A DNA stretch of 64,000 nt, taken from assembly GCA_965222615.1 (NCBI GenBank), contig CBDCUI010000009.1:32001-96000 (forward strand), in the 5' to 3' direction. Within the stretch, counting starts at the first letter, position 1, and each line of letters begins with the position of its first letter. The stretch comes from Gammaproteobacteria bacterium (GTDB lineage: Bacteria; Pseudomonadota; Gammaproteobacteria; UBA4575). A model generated the notes under the pieces. That model ran no database searches. It saw only the letters and a list, made by a program, of their open reading frames with translations, and was not told where the DNA came from. A program made the position numbers and the translations under genes. Of this stretch, positions 10,072 through 19,552 are shown piece after piece.

Positions 10072-10099
10072 CTGATTACATCCTGTCTTGCATTGGCAT

Positions 10100-11299
10100 C
10101 TAACTTAACAATTCAATCCAGTGTTTAACCGGTATTTGAGTACCTGACTGTAGGTGCAACAAACAGCCGATATTAGCTGTCGCGATCACATCAGGCTGTT
10201 TTTCTTCAAGCGTTGAAATCTTATTTTGTAACAACATGTTGGATAGTTCTTCTTCAAGCAGAGAATAACTCCCAGCGGAACCACAGCATAGATGCGGCTC
10301 TTTAACATCAATTAGTTGATAACCAGCTTCTCGAAGTTTGTTTTCTACATTGCCAAGGATTTTTTGTCCATGTTGCAGTGTACAAGGACTGTGGAAAGCG
10401 ACTGTTTTATTTTTTGCCTCAGGTTTAGTTAATTTTAACTCAGGGGTCATTTCAGTAAGATCTCGACAGCGTTGCGAGACGAATTTAGCCTTATCCGCAT
10501 AAGATTTATCAGCTTGCATAATAGTGCTATATTGCTTTATAAAACTGCTGCAACCACTTGAAGTTACTAATAAATATTCATGGTTACTAGAGAGTTTTTC
10601 ATACCAATTGTCGATATTGCCACGAATGGTCTTATTGGCCTGGTCGATATTTGTTAAATGATAGGCCAGGGCTCCACAACAGTTTGCTTTGGCCTCATCT
10701 AGTTGAATATCAGAGTTTTGTAAAACCTCTGAAGTTGCTGCATTGATTTGTGGAGCTGCAGTAGACTGTACACAACCTTTTATCGTCAACATTTTTCGTT
10801 TGCTGGTTTTGGTATTAGTTGATTTGATGGGTTTAGCTTTTACTGGAATCTTACTGGCGAATGATCTTGGTAATATTGGCTTAACCAGACGGGCTAGTGC
10901 AAAAAAGCTCACAACGCGCCTAGGGTGCGAGAAAATACGAATAATCAAATTTCGTTTTAAATTATCCAAAAAAGGTCGTTCAATCGTTTTTTCAAAATGT
11001 TTGCGTCCTATATCCACTAAATCACCATATTCAACACCAGAAGGACAAGTAGTTTCACATGCCAAACAAGTCAAACATCTATCGAGGTGTTGTTGGCTCA
11101 CCTTGCTGGTGTCTTTGTTCTCAAAGAAGTTTTTAATTAAATAAATGCGCCCACGTGGGCCATCTAGTTCATCACCTGTGAGCTGAAAAGTGGGACAGGT
11201 GGCATTACAAAACCCGCAATGTACACAGTTTCGTAAAATTTCATTCACCCGCTGGCCATCGTGGCTTTGTAAAAATGCTTGTGTAAATGATGTTTGCAT
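10100..11299 (-). CDS. glcF: Glycolate oxidase Fe-S subunit
   Basis: CVHCGFCNATCP and CLTCLACETTCP ferredoxin motifs, CCG domains, operon with glcDE. Confidence 0.93.
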   Translation of the reverse strand: MQTSFTQAFLQSHDGQRVNEILRNCVHCGFCNATCPTFQLTGDELDGPRGRIYLIKNFFENKDTSKVSQQHLDRCLTCLACETTCPSGVEYGDLVDIGRKHFEKTIERPFLDNLKRNLIIRIFSHPRRVVSFFALARLVKPILPRSFASKIPVKAKPIKSTNTKTSKRKMLTIKGCVQSTAAPQINAATSEVLQNSDIQLDEAKANCCGALAYHLTNIDQANKTIRGNIDNWYEKLSSNHEYLLVTSSGCSSFIKQYSTIMQADKSYADKAKFVSQRCRDLTEMTPELKLTKPEAKNKTVAFHSPCTLQHGQKILGNVENKLREAGYQLIDVKEPHLCCGSAGSYSLLEEELSNMLLQNKISTLEEKQPDVIATANIGCLLHLQSGTQIPVKHWIELLS

Positions 11300-11304
11300 C
11301 GCGA

Positions 11305-12360
11305 TTAAAGTTCAGCGTACATCTTGCCAGGATTGAGGATGCCTGCCGGATCGAATGTTTTTTTCAAATTTTTATGTATTTTCATGGAGGTATGGGATAG
11401 TGGATGAAAGCGTTGTTCTGTAGTATTGCCTCTAAATAAACAAGCATGTCCTCCAACTTGTTCAGCTTCTTTACGAATAAGCTGTTCATCGGCATCACTT
11501 ACATACCAGCGCAATGCTCCGCTCCATTCAATGACATTGTCACCAGGTATATTTAAGATACCGGTAGCAGGCGGCACAGAAATTCTCCATAAAGACAGGT
11601 CGGTTTGGAAAAATTCATGTGTCTGCTCTTTCACACTGGTCCAAAACAATTCGTTTTGATCAAAAGTTTTTCCACCAATTTCCTTTTTACAGGCTTCAAT
11701 GGTAGATAAGGAACCTGATAAACGCAGATATAAATCCTGCCCATCATAAAAGGTTGCGGTAATAGGCATAGGTGTCGCAGCCCACTGGTTCATTTTTTTG
11801 ATGGCAGTGTGACTGTCTAATTCTATAACAACAGTGTGTTCATAAAGTGGTTTTGGTAATAGGCGTATGGTGATACACATCAACACGCCAAGTGTCCCTA
11901 ATGCCCCACACATCAAACGTGAAACATCATATCCGGCAACGTTTTTCATTACCTTGCCACCGAAGCGCAGATATTCGCCTTTGCCGTTTACGATTTCAGT
12001 TCCTAGCACACAGTCGCGTACTGCGCCTGCACTGACTCGTCTGGGTCCGGCTAAGCCACTGGCAACCATGCCACCCAATGTTGCAGTCGCTCCAAAATGA
12101 GGGGATTCACAAGGAATAATTTGGTTTTCTTTAGTTATAGTTTGCTCAATTTCTACTAGCGGAGTTCCACTTTTAACAGTTATATAAAGCTCTGAAGGCT
12201 CGTATTCGAGAATCCCTGTGTGGTTTGCCACAGAAAGTGTTTTCGCTTGAATATTTCTTCCATAAAAATTTTTCGTATCACCCGCTTTAATGACTAAAGC
12301 CTGTTTTTGGCGATATGCGTCTTGAATAACAGATGTGATCTCATCTCTTTTATCGTGCAT
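11305..12360 (-). CDS. glcE: Glycolate oxidase FAD-binding subunit
   Basis: GILEYEPSEL, FGGKVMKNVAGYDVSRL, FDPAGILNPG. Confidence 0.93.
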   Translation of the reverse strand: MHDKRDEITSVIQDAYRQKQALVIKAGDTKNFYGRNIQAKTLSVANHTGILEYEPSELYITVKSGTPLVEIEQTITKENQIIPCESPHFGATATLGGMVASGLAGPRRVSAGAVRDCVLGTEIVNGKGEYLRFGGKVMKNVAGYDVSRLMCGALGTLGVLMCITIRLLPKPLYEHTVVIELDSHTAIKKMNQWAATPMPITATFYDGQDLYLRLSGSLSTIEACKKEIGGKTFDQNELFWTSVKEQTHEFFQTDLSLWRISVPPATGILNIPGDNVIEWSGALRWYVSDADEQLIRKEAEQVGGHACLFRGNTTEQRFHPLSHTSMKIHKNLKKTFDPAGILNPGKMYAEL

Positions 12361-12380
12361 AGAAAAATCTTAAGGAAGCA

Positions 12381-13850
12381 TTAGAAGCGAGGGAGATCGG
12401 GGTGTGGAAGTTTACCCTGATGGACATGCATGGCACCGAACTCCGCACAGCGGTGTAGGGTAGGGACAGCCTTGCCAGGATTCATCAGTTCATTTTCATC
12501 AAAAGCAGCTTTTATTGAATAAAATGTGTTTAACTCCGCTTCATTAAATTGCACACACATTTGGTTAAGCTTTTCTACACCAACTCCATGTTCGCCGGTA
12601 ATAGTGCCACCCACGGCAACACACAGTTCTAAAATTTCACCGCCAAACTGTTCTGCAGTTTCTAATTCTCCTAGCTTATTTGCATCATATAAAATGAGTG
12701 GATGTAGGTTTCCGTCTCCTGCATGAAACACATTGGCTACGCCTAGACCATATTTAACAGACAGCTTGCTAATACTTTCTAAAACTCTGGCCAGATGTTT
12801 ACGCGGAATGGTGCCATCCATGCAATAATAATCCGGTGATAAATTGCCTAAGGCAGGGAATGCGGCCTTGCGGCCTTGCCAAAGTTTTTCAGCCTCTCGA
12901 TCATTTTGTGCAACTCGTACTTCTATTGCATGATGTTCTTTAAAGACGTTTTTAGTAAACGTAACTTGTGATTGCAGTTCTTCTGCATAGCCGTCCAACT
13001 CACAAATTAATATTGCCGCGGCATTTTCTGGATAGCCCGGACTACAAAATTTTTCTGTGGCCTGAATGGTGCAATGATCCATTAATTCCAATCCGGCCGG
13101 GATAATGCCACTTGAAATAATTCCGGCTACCGCATCACCTGCTTTAGGAATGGTATCAAACGCCGCAAGCAATACTTTACGCTTATGTGGATGAGGTAAA
13201 AGTTTCACAGTAGCCTCTAGGACAATTCCAAGCATGCCTTCTGAACCTGTCATCAATGCAAGTAAATCATAACCGGGAGAATCAAAACTTTTTCCACCGA
13301 GTTCTAAAATTTCTCCATCTATGGTTAGCACTTTTAAGCCAAGAAGATTGTGCACTGTCAAGCCATATTTGAGACAGTGCACCCCACCTGAATTTTCTGC
13401 AATATTGCCACCAATGGTACAGGCGATCTGCGAGGATGGGTCAGGTGCGTAATATAGGCCATACGGATTAGCGGCTCCAGAAATTGCCAGGTTTCTAACT
13501 CCTGGCTCCACGGTTGCAGTGCGGTTATCAGGATCAATCTCAAGTATGTGGTTAAGCCTAGCAAAATTGAGTAACACACCTTCAGAATGTGGCAGTGCGC
13601 CGCCCGAGAGGCTGGTGCCCGCTCCACGCGCCACAATGGGTACTTTTAACTCTCTACAGATGTCGACAATTGCCTTGATTTCATTAACTGTGCTCGGGAT
13701 CAAGGCAATTCGAGGTAGTTGTTTGTAAGCGGTAAGGGCATCACATTCATAGGGGTAGAGCTGTTCTTTTTTTGCTAAAACCGCGGTTTCCGGCAAGACT
13801 TGATGAAAGCGTTCGGCAAGTTTGGATAGGCTAATTGCGTCGTTGTTCAT
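12381..13850 (-). CDS. glcD: Glycolate oxidase subunit GlcD
   Basis: RGAGTSLSGG, YYAPDPSSQIACTIGGN, FHAGDGNLHP, GEHGVG. Confidence 0.95.
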   Translation of the reverse strand: MNNDAISLSKLAERFHQVLPETAVLAKKEQLYPYECDALTAYKQLPRIALIPSTVNEIKAIVDICRELKVPIVARGAGTSLSGGALPHSEGVLLNFARLNHILEIDPDNRTATVEPGVRNLAISGAANPYGLYYAPDPSSQIACTIGGNIAENSGGVHCLKYGLTVHNLLGLKVLTIDGEILELGGKSFDSPGYDLLALMTGSEGMLGIVLEATVKLLPHPHKRKVLLAAFDTIPKAGDAVAGIISSGIIPAGLELMDHCTIQATEKFCSPGYPENAAAILICELDGYAEELQSQVTFTKNVFKEHHAIEVRVAQNDREAEKLWQGRKAAFPALGNLSPDYYCMDGTIPRKHLARVLESISKLSVKYGLGVANVFHAGDGNLHPLILYDANKLGELETAEQFGGEILELCVAVGGTITGEHGVGVEKLNQMCVQFNEAELNTFYSIKAAFDENELMNPGKAVPTLHRCAEFGAMHVHQGKLPHPDLPRF

Positions 13851-14198
13851 TTCGGCTCAAACCCAAATACATAGGGGAGTTCTGATTTATTAATGAAATG
13901 GCTGAGATTAGGCAAAATGATTTCGAAAAAACGGAGTGTATATAGGCATACATGAGTATTTTGAGAAATCATTACTAATTTATTTTTTTGGGACATATCA
14001 GAATAAATCAGAGCTTCCATAGGTTTTTGCATGATTGATCTTGGCTAAAGTTCTCATATAATCTCGCCACCAGCTTGATTGCTATCAATTCTTTATTTCT
14101 CAATATACCATTGATCAATATAGTTCATAGTAATTTCAGATAGTTGTTTCATTGATCTAGGTTAATTTAATAATGAACCGTAACAAGGGAGATATATT

Positions 14199-14570
14199 TT
14201 GACCATAGCAGCAATTGCTATTGGGGGCGCACTTGGATCCGTGTTGAGATATCTGATTCAGATGCAGTGTATGACTTGGTTTGGCACCAAGTTTCCCTAC
14301 GGGACCCTGATCGTTAATATCCTTGGATCTTTAGCAATAGGTTTTCTATCTATTTTCCTGGTGGAACGATTGCTAGTCTCTACGGAGCTTCGTTTTGCCA
14401 TCCTAGTAGGGTTGCTAGGAGGCTTTACTACTTTTTCAGCGTTTTCACTAGAAACACTGAGTCTTATCCAGCAGGGAAATATGCTCAGTGCTGCGAGCAA
14501 CATCGGGTTAAGTATTGTGCTATGTATCTTGGCGTGCTTTTTTGGTGTGTTGTTAGCACGTGCAATTTAA
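14199..14570 (+). CDS. crcB: Fluoride channel FluC/CrcB
   Basis: GGALGSVLRY, GTLIVNILGS, GGFTTFS. Confidence 0.93.
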   Translation: MTIAAIAIGGALGSVLRYLIQMQCMTWFGTKFPYGTLIVNILGSLAIGFLSIFLVERLLVSTELRFAILVGLLGGFTTFSAFSLETLSLIQQGNMLSAASNIGLSIVLCILACFFGVLLARAI

Positions 14571-14586
14571 CTAAGTTAATACAGAG

Positions 14587-15867
14587 ATGTTAGATCCAAA
14601 ATTATTACGTACAGAATTTGATGAAGTTGCTAAGCAGCTTAGTCGGCGTGGTTTAAATCTAGATAAAGCACGTTTCACTGAGATGGAAGAAAGGCGCAAG
14701 AAGCTCCAAATCGCAACGGAAGAATTGCAAGGTCAGCGTAATAAAAATTCCAAGCTTATTGGGCAGGCGAAATCTAAAGGCAGAGATGCAAGTGAAATTT
14801 TAGCCCAAATGGAAAAAATTAACAGTGAACTTAAAAGTAATGAAACCTTGTTGGAAGAACTTCAGCAAGAAATACAAGAATGGATGTTTGGTCTTCCAAA
14901 TATGCCACATGAGTCAGTGCCGCAAGGTGAAACTGAAGAAGAAAATCTGGAAGTAAGGAAATGGGGCGAGATACCTAGTTTTGATTTTAAAGTACTAGAT
15001 CATGTCGATGTTGGTGAAAAATTAGGTGGCTTGGATTTTGAAACTGCAGCCAAGATAACTGGAAGTCGATTCGTCACCATGCATGGTGATGTTGCAAAGC
15101 TGCATCGAGCGCTTATTCAGTTTATGTTAGACACACATGTAAATGAACATGACTATCAAGAAGTGTATGTTCCCTATATTGCAAATGCGCAAAGTTTAAC
15201 GGGCACCGGCCAATTACCGAAATTTGAAGAAGATCTATTTAAACTTAAAACAGAGCATGATTACTATTTGATTCCTACTGCAGAAGTGCCGGTGACAAAT
15301 ATTTGGCGCGACCATATTGCAAAGGAAAAAGAGTTACCGATTAAATATGTATGTCATACCCCTTGCTTTCGTTCCGAAGCCGGTTCTTATGGAAAAGATA
15401 CACGTGGCATGATTCGCCAACATCAATTTGAGAAAGTTGAATTAGTTCAGTTGGTTAAACCAGAAGCTTCATGGCGCATGTTAGAAGAATTAACCGGGCA
15501 TGCAGAAACTATATTGCAAAAATTAGAACTACCTTATCGTGTAGTTACATTATGCACTGGTGATTTAGGTTTTTCTTCTGCTAAAACTTACGATATTGAG
15601 GTGTGGTTACCAGGCCAAAATACTTATCGAGAAATTTCTTCCTGTAGTAATTTTTTAGACTTTCAAGCAAGAAGATTAAAAGCGCGTTGGAAAAACACTG
15701 TTACGAAAAAAACAGAATTGTTGCATACATTAAATGGATCTGGTTTAGCAGTAGGTAGAACGTTAGTCGCAATTCTTGAAAATTATCAAGATGAAAAAGG
15801 TAATGTTCAAATTCCGAAAGTATTAATTCCTTATATGCGCGGCTTAGAAACTATTCGTTCTAAATAA
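14587..15867 (+). CDS. serS: Serine--tRNA ligase
   Basis: [44 protein letters not shown]. Confidence 0.98.
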   Translation: MLDPKLLRTEFDEVAKQLSRRGLNLDKARFTEMEERRKKLQIATEELQGQRNKNSKLIGQAKSKGRDASEILAQMEKINSELKSNETLLEELQQEIQEWMFGLPNMPHESVPQGETEEENLEVRKWGEIPSFDFKVLDHVDVGEKLGGLDFETAAKITGSRFVTMHGDVAKLHRALIQFMLDTHVNEHDYQEVYVPYIANAQSLTGTGQLPKFEEDLFKLKTEHDYYLIPTAEVPVTNIWRDHIAKEKELPIKYVCHTPCFRSEAGSYGKDTRGMIRQHQFEKVELVQLVKPEASWRMLEELTGHAETILQKLELPYRVVTLCTGDLGFSSAKTYDIEVWLPGQNTYREISSCSNFLDFQARRLKARWKNTVTKKTELLHTLNGSGLAVGRTLVAILENYQDEKGNVQIPKVLIPYMRGLETIRSK

Positions 15868-15902
15868 TCTTTTTAGAATAATTAATTTTTAAATTGAGAA
15901 TT

Positions 15903-15998
15903 AAAAAAGCCAGCGCGGGTTGGGGCACGCTGGCTTCGAGACCTACATTAAATAAATAACGTAGGTTTGGGGACACGGTTGTTTGTAACTCGTACTAC
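15903..15998 (-). ncRNA. Candidate small RNA ending in an intrinsic terminator
   Basis: Minus strand has an ACCTAC/GTAGGT hairpin, then a GCCAGCG...CGCTGGC stem with a C-rich loop and U6; no minus-strand gene directly upstream. Confidence 0.45.
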
Positions 15999-16173
15999 AA
16001 TTTTACATCAACTAGCAGATATTTAAAAATTATTTATTGTTGTGATTTGCAAATATTGAATGCCAATATTTGTGCTCCAGTTCACATCAAATACCTCAGG
16101 TGTAAAAAATTGGTATAGATATAATTTTACATATTGTTTTGTTATGTAGACAAAATATGTGGTTTGTTATTAA

Positions 16174-16692
16174 TTGATAATGCCTAAGATGATAATTTTA
16201 AAAGATAATTTTCCCCATACCGGTAAAATTATCTGGTTAGGTTTAAGACAGTCGATGTCCAGTACAGTTACTGAAGTGGTAACTGCTGAGCTTTTACCAG
16301 GGCATGGCTTGGTTGGAGATAAAGCCGGTCAGCGCAAGGGCAGTAAGCGACAAGTCACGTTGTTTCAAGCTGAATATTTGCCTGTAATTGCTTCATTTCT
16401 AAGGCAGCAAGATATCTCACCTGCTGTATTACGTCGTAACCTTGTAGTATCTGGGATTAATCTTAGTATTCTTAAAGACTATAGGCTTATAGTAAATAAT
16501 GATGTAATAGTTGAAATTACAGGAAATTGTGCGCCCTGTAAAAAGATGGAAAAAGCACTTGGCTATGGTGGTTACAATGCCATGCGTAATCATGGCGGTG
16601 TTAATGCCATGGTTTTAAAAGGAGGAGTAATTAGAGTTGGAGATGAAGTACAGGTGATAATGAAACAATCACATCAATCTAAGCTTTTGTAG
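16174..16692 (+). CDS. MOSC domain protein
   Basis: GLVGD, RQVTL, LRRNLVVSG, CAPCKKME, IRVGDEV. Confidence 0.85.
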   Translation: MIMPKMIILKDNFPHTGKIIWLGLRQSMSSTVTEVVTAELLPGHGLVGDKAGQRKGSKRQVTLFQAEYLPVIASFLRQQDISPAVLRRNLVVSGINLSILKDYRLIVNNDVIVEITGNCAPCKKMEKALGYGGYNAMRNHGGVNAMVLKGGVIRVGDEVQVIMKQSHQSKLL

Positions 16693-16703
16693 AATAAATT
16701 TAA

Positions 16704-17105
16704 TTAATCAGCTCTTAAAAAGGCGATAAAGACTAGCAACCAAGAAGTAATAAAAGTAATTCCTCCAAATGGTGTAATTGTGCCTAGCCAGGATAATTTG
16801 CTCAAACTTAACAAATAGAGGCTACCACAAAAAACAATAATACCTGCTTGCATAAACCACATAGAAAGCTCAAGGAGGCGTTGATTGATTTGGTGTGTTA
16901 TCAATAAGCCTACGATAATCAGGCCAAGCGCATGATAGAGGTGGTAATCCACCGCGATGTGGAATATCGAAAGCATTTTATCCGATAATGAATTTCTCAA
17001 TCCATGTGCGGCAAATGCACCTAGTAGTATAGCTAAAACTGCATTACCTGAGCCAAGCAAGATTGCTAACCTTGACAGATTTGATTTTTGTTTGAAATTA
17101 TTCAT
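16704..17105 (-). CDS. DUF423 (YgdD/TMEM256) membrane protein
   Basis: LGAFAAHGL, YHLYHALGL, GSLYLL, ITPFGG. Confidence 0.88.
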   Translation of the reverse strand: MNNFKQKSNLSRLAILLGSGNAVLAILLGAFAAHGLRNSLSDKMLSIFHIAVDYHLYHALGLIIVGLLITHQINQRLLELSMWFMQAGIIVFCGSLYLLSLSKLSWLGTITPFGGITFITSWLLVFIAFLRAD

Positions 17106-17130
17106 TTAAAAAAAATAGGAGAATAGGTAA

Positions 17131-17613
17131 ATGCCATCGTTTGATACGGTATCCGAAGTTGATGCACATGAGCTAGCCAATGCTGTGGATCAAGCCAATC
17201 GAGAAATTTCCAATCGCTACGACTTTAAAGGTTCTGATGCAAAAGTAACACTGGAAAATGAAAATTTGCGCATTGAGGCGCAATCAGAATTCCAGCTTGA
17301 TCAAATTAACGATATCTTAATACAGAAGATGGCGAAACGTGGCATCGATGTTGGATGCATGCAACGAGGCAAGATAGAGGAATCAAACATGCGTGCCAAA
17401 CAGCCTATTACCATTCGTCAAGGCATTGATAAAGAAACTGCTAAAAAAATGGTTAAGTTGGTTAAAGATTCTAAGATTAAAGTACAGGCAGCCATTCAAG
17501 GCGAAAAGCTAAGGGTGACAGGGAAAAAACGCGATGACCTTCAAGAAGTGATGAAAATGCTTGAAAATGCCAAATTGGGATTGCCGCTGCAATTTAATAA
17601 CTTTCGCGACTAA
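17131..17613 (+). CDS. yajQ: YajQ family nucleotide/c-di-GMP-binding protein
   Basis: MPSFDTVSEVD, RYDFKG, RVTGKKRDDLQ, LPLQFNNFRD. Confidence 0.95.
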   Translation: MPSFDTVSEVDAHELANAVDQANREISNRYDFKGSDAKVTLENENLRIEAQSEFQLDQINDILIQKMAKRGIDVGCMQRGKIEESNMRAKQPITIRQGIDKETAKKMVKLVKDSKIKVQAAIQGEKLRVTGKKRDDLQEVMKMLENAKLGLPLQFNNFRD

Positions 17614-17673
17614 CCAAACCAGTTCAATCACTATTTTACATTAGGAAGTTTTGATATCTTATTGAGATATAAT

Positions 17674-17703
17674 AAAAAGCCTCTCTAAACGAGAGGCTTT
17701 TTT
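17674..17703. terminator. Bidirectional intrinsic terminator
   Basis: AAAAA-GCCTCTC-TAAAC-GAGAGGC-TTTTTT between convergent genes. Confidence 0.9.
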
Positions 17704-17705
17704 AC

Positions 17706-17891
17706 TTATCTACTAACCATCCACATTAATCCTGCCACAAATAGAATTACTAATGCGATTGGAAAAAGAAAGGCCTGCCAATCACCTTGCTGCGCTTTTG
17801 GGCTATTATTTAACCAATATTTTGCTCTAGGGAACAGAAATATCAGAATTGCTACAGCAAGAATTACATAGCCGATTTCAAGACCACTCAT
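17706..17891 (-). CDS. Small two-TM membrane protein
   Basis: 61 aa, two hydrophobic segments, directly downstream of yccA. Confidence 0.7.
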   Translation of the reverse strand: MSGLEIGYVILAVAILIFLFPRAKYWLNNSPKAQQGDWQAFLFPIALVILFVAGLMWMVSR

Positions 17892-17901
17892 TTACTTAGA
17901 C

Positions 17902-18573
17902 TTAGTCCCCGCTAGCAAATCCTAATAAATGTAGTAACGAGGTAAATATATTGTAGATACTTAAGAAAATTGAGGTGGTCGCCAAAACGTAATTGGTTTC
18001 ACCTCCATTAATGATGCGACTGGTCTCAAACAATATAAAACCACTGAAAATTAAGATAACGGCAGCGTTAATCGCAAGCCATAAACCCGGCATCTTTAAA
18101 AAGATGCCCGCAATAACTGCCAACATCACAACAATGAACCCAGTAAATAAAAAGCCTCCTAAGAAGCTGAAGTCACGTTGTGTGGTAAGTGCATAGCCTG
18201 ACAAGGCAAGAAAAATTATCGCAGTACCGCCCATTGAGGTTGCAATAAGTTCAGCCCCATTCGTCATGTTTAGGTAGTGGTTCAAAACAGGACCTAAGCC
18301 AAAGCCTAGCAGGCCGGTAAACGCAAAAACTACTCCTACACCAACTGCAGATTCTGCAGTTCTAGGTAGTACGAACCAGATTAAAGCGAGGGCACCAAAT
18401 GAACATACCAAGCTTGCGCCATAGCCGATATTCATCATTGTTGAGGCCATGGCCATTAATGCACTGAATATCAGAGTTGCCGAGAGCAACATATAAGTGT
18501 TGCGCAAAACCTTATTCGTCGCTAGGGCACTTTCGCGTGTTATGGTCTTCGTTGGAAAACGAGATTCATTCAT
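17902..18573 (-). CDS. yccA: Bax inhibitor-1/YccA family membrane protein
   Basis: NKVLRNTYMLLS, GGETNY, seven TM; divergent from tRNA-Ser(UGA) as in enteric yccA-serT. Confidence 0.92.
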   Translation of the reverse strand: MNESRFPTKTITRESALATNKVLRNTYMLLSATLIFSALMAMASTMMNIGYGASLVCSFGALALIWFVLPRTAESAVGVGVVFAFTGLLGFGLGPVLNHYLNMTNGAELIATSMGGTAIIFLALSGYALTTQRDFSFLGGFLFTGFIVVMLAVIAGIFLKMPGLWLAINAAVILIFSGFILFETSRIINGGETNYVLATTSIFLSIYNIFTSLLHLLGFASGD

Positions 18574-18711
18574 AGTGGTAATTCTCCAATTTAAGTAGAT
18601 ATCTATCTTATTAACATAATGGTATTTCGGCCTATTTCAAGCCCACTTAAGCTATATTTTTAGACAATATCAGGCCTAGCAGTTCCCAGCATCATTCAGG
18701 TATCCTAGCCG

Positions 18712-18893
18712 GCTGAGTACATGGATGTACGAAAGAGAGTTGCTTCAGGGATGAAGCTACAATAACTCAGCGGCGCAGCCGCATAAGCTAAGAATCTAAG
18801 GTATGGATTTAAGAGTGGTATTTTTGAGATATCGCAGAGGTGGCAGTGTGAGTGCAGGGAAGCACGAAAGAGAGATGCATCATGGATGAGGCT
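18712..18893 (+). repeat. Two copies of a double-hairpin motif with ANGGAN loops
   Basis: 18715-18758 GAGTAC-ATGGAT-GTAC GAAAGAGAG TTGCTTC-AGGGAT-GAAGCT and 18850-18893 GAGTGC-AGGGAA-GCAC GAAAGAGAG ATGCATC-ATGGAT-GAGGCT. Confidence 0.75.
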
Positions 18894-18920
18894 TACTTTA
18901 AAGTATTGATTCAGTAAATC

Positions 18921-19008
18921 GGAGAGGTGGCAGAGTGGTCGAATGCGGCGGTCTTGAAAACCGTTGACTCGAAAGGGTCCGGGGGTTCGAATCCCTCCCT
19001 CTCCGCCA
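18921..19008 (+). tRNA. tRNA-Ser(UGA)
   Basis: GGAGAGG acceptor stem, anticodon loop CTTGAAA, long variable arm, GGTTCGAATCC T-arm, CCA end. Confidence 0.97.
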
Positions 19009-19467
19009 ATATTAACAAAGGGGCTTTCTAAGCCCCTTTGTTAATATTGCAGATAGTGTTTCGAACCCCCGGAAAATAAATAAGGGGGTTTGACAAATCG
19101 GCAGGATGGCCGATTTGGACGTTGCTTAAGCAACGCATGAGCGTAGCGAATGTGAGAGTCATGGATGACTCGAATCAATCCCTCCCTCTCCGCCATATAA
19201 ATAATAAAAGGGCTAAATGCCCTTTTATTATTTATACAGTCGGGATTTGAACTCACGAGGAAGGGGGTTCGACAAAATCGTTGGGAACGAGATTTTGAAC
19301 AGCCTCATGATAATGAGGCTGGCCTGAAAGGCGAGGGTAAGGATAGCTCGAGTAATCCCGAGCAATTTTATTATTAAAGAGTAATGAATCACGTTGTGAT
19401 TATTCCATTTGCGTGTAGTACCTACACGCAAAGGTCCCACTCGCAAGTGTGGTTCGACAAAATCGTC
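19009..19467 (+). repeat. tRNA-linked degenerate tandem repeats (~180-190 bp units)
   Basis: tRNA 3' end AATCCCTCCCTCTCCGCCA recurs at 19177-19195; GGTTYGACAAA(A)TCG recurs near 19087, 19266 and 19451; terminator-like hairpins at 19007-19049 and 19201-19231. Confidence 0.8.
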
Positions 19468-19552
19468 TTAAGTGCATAACGAATTAACGTTTTATCGTCA
19501 ATTCACTATGCAAAGATTAAATTAGTTAAGCTATCAAATTAGGGTATACAAC

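Noticed and set aside
13847-14198. 61-aa ORF and a possible fluoride riboswitch before crcB
   Set aside because: The ORF lies in a divergent promoter region with no recognisable features; no riboswitch consensus is visible
15903-15998. Spot 42 (spf) identity for the candidate sRNA
   Set aside because: Only the first GTAG and a nearby CRP-like box are similar; the body does not match
19177-19195. attR of an island in tRNA-Ser
   Set aside because: Only 187 nt from the tRNA and no integrase; better explained as a tRNA-linked repeat
19041-19446. Two minus-strand ORFs (71 and 72 aa)
   Set aside because: They overlap tRNA-linked repeats; MAEREG is the antisense translation of the tRNA 3' end
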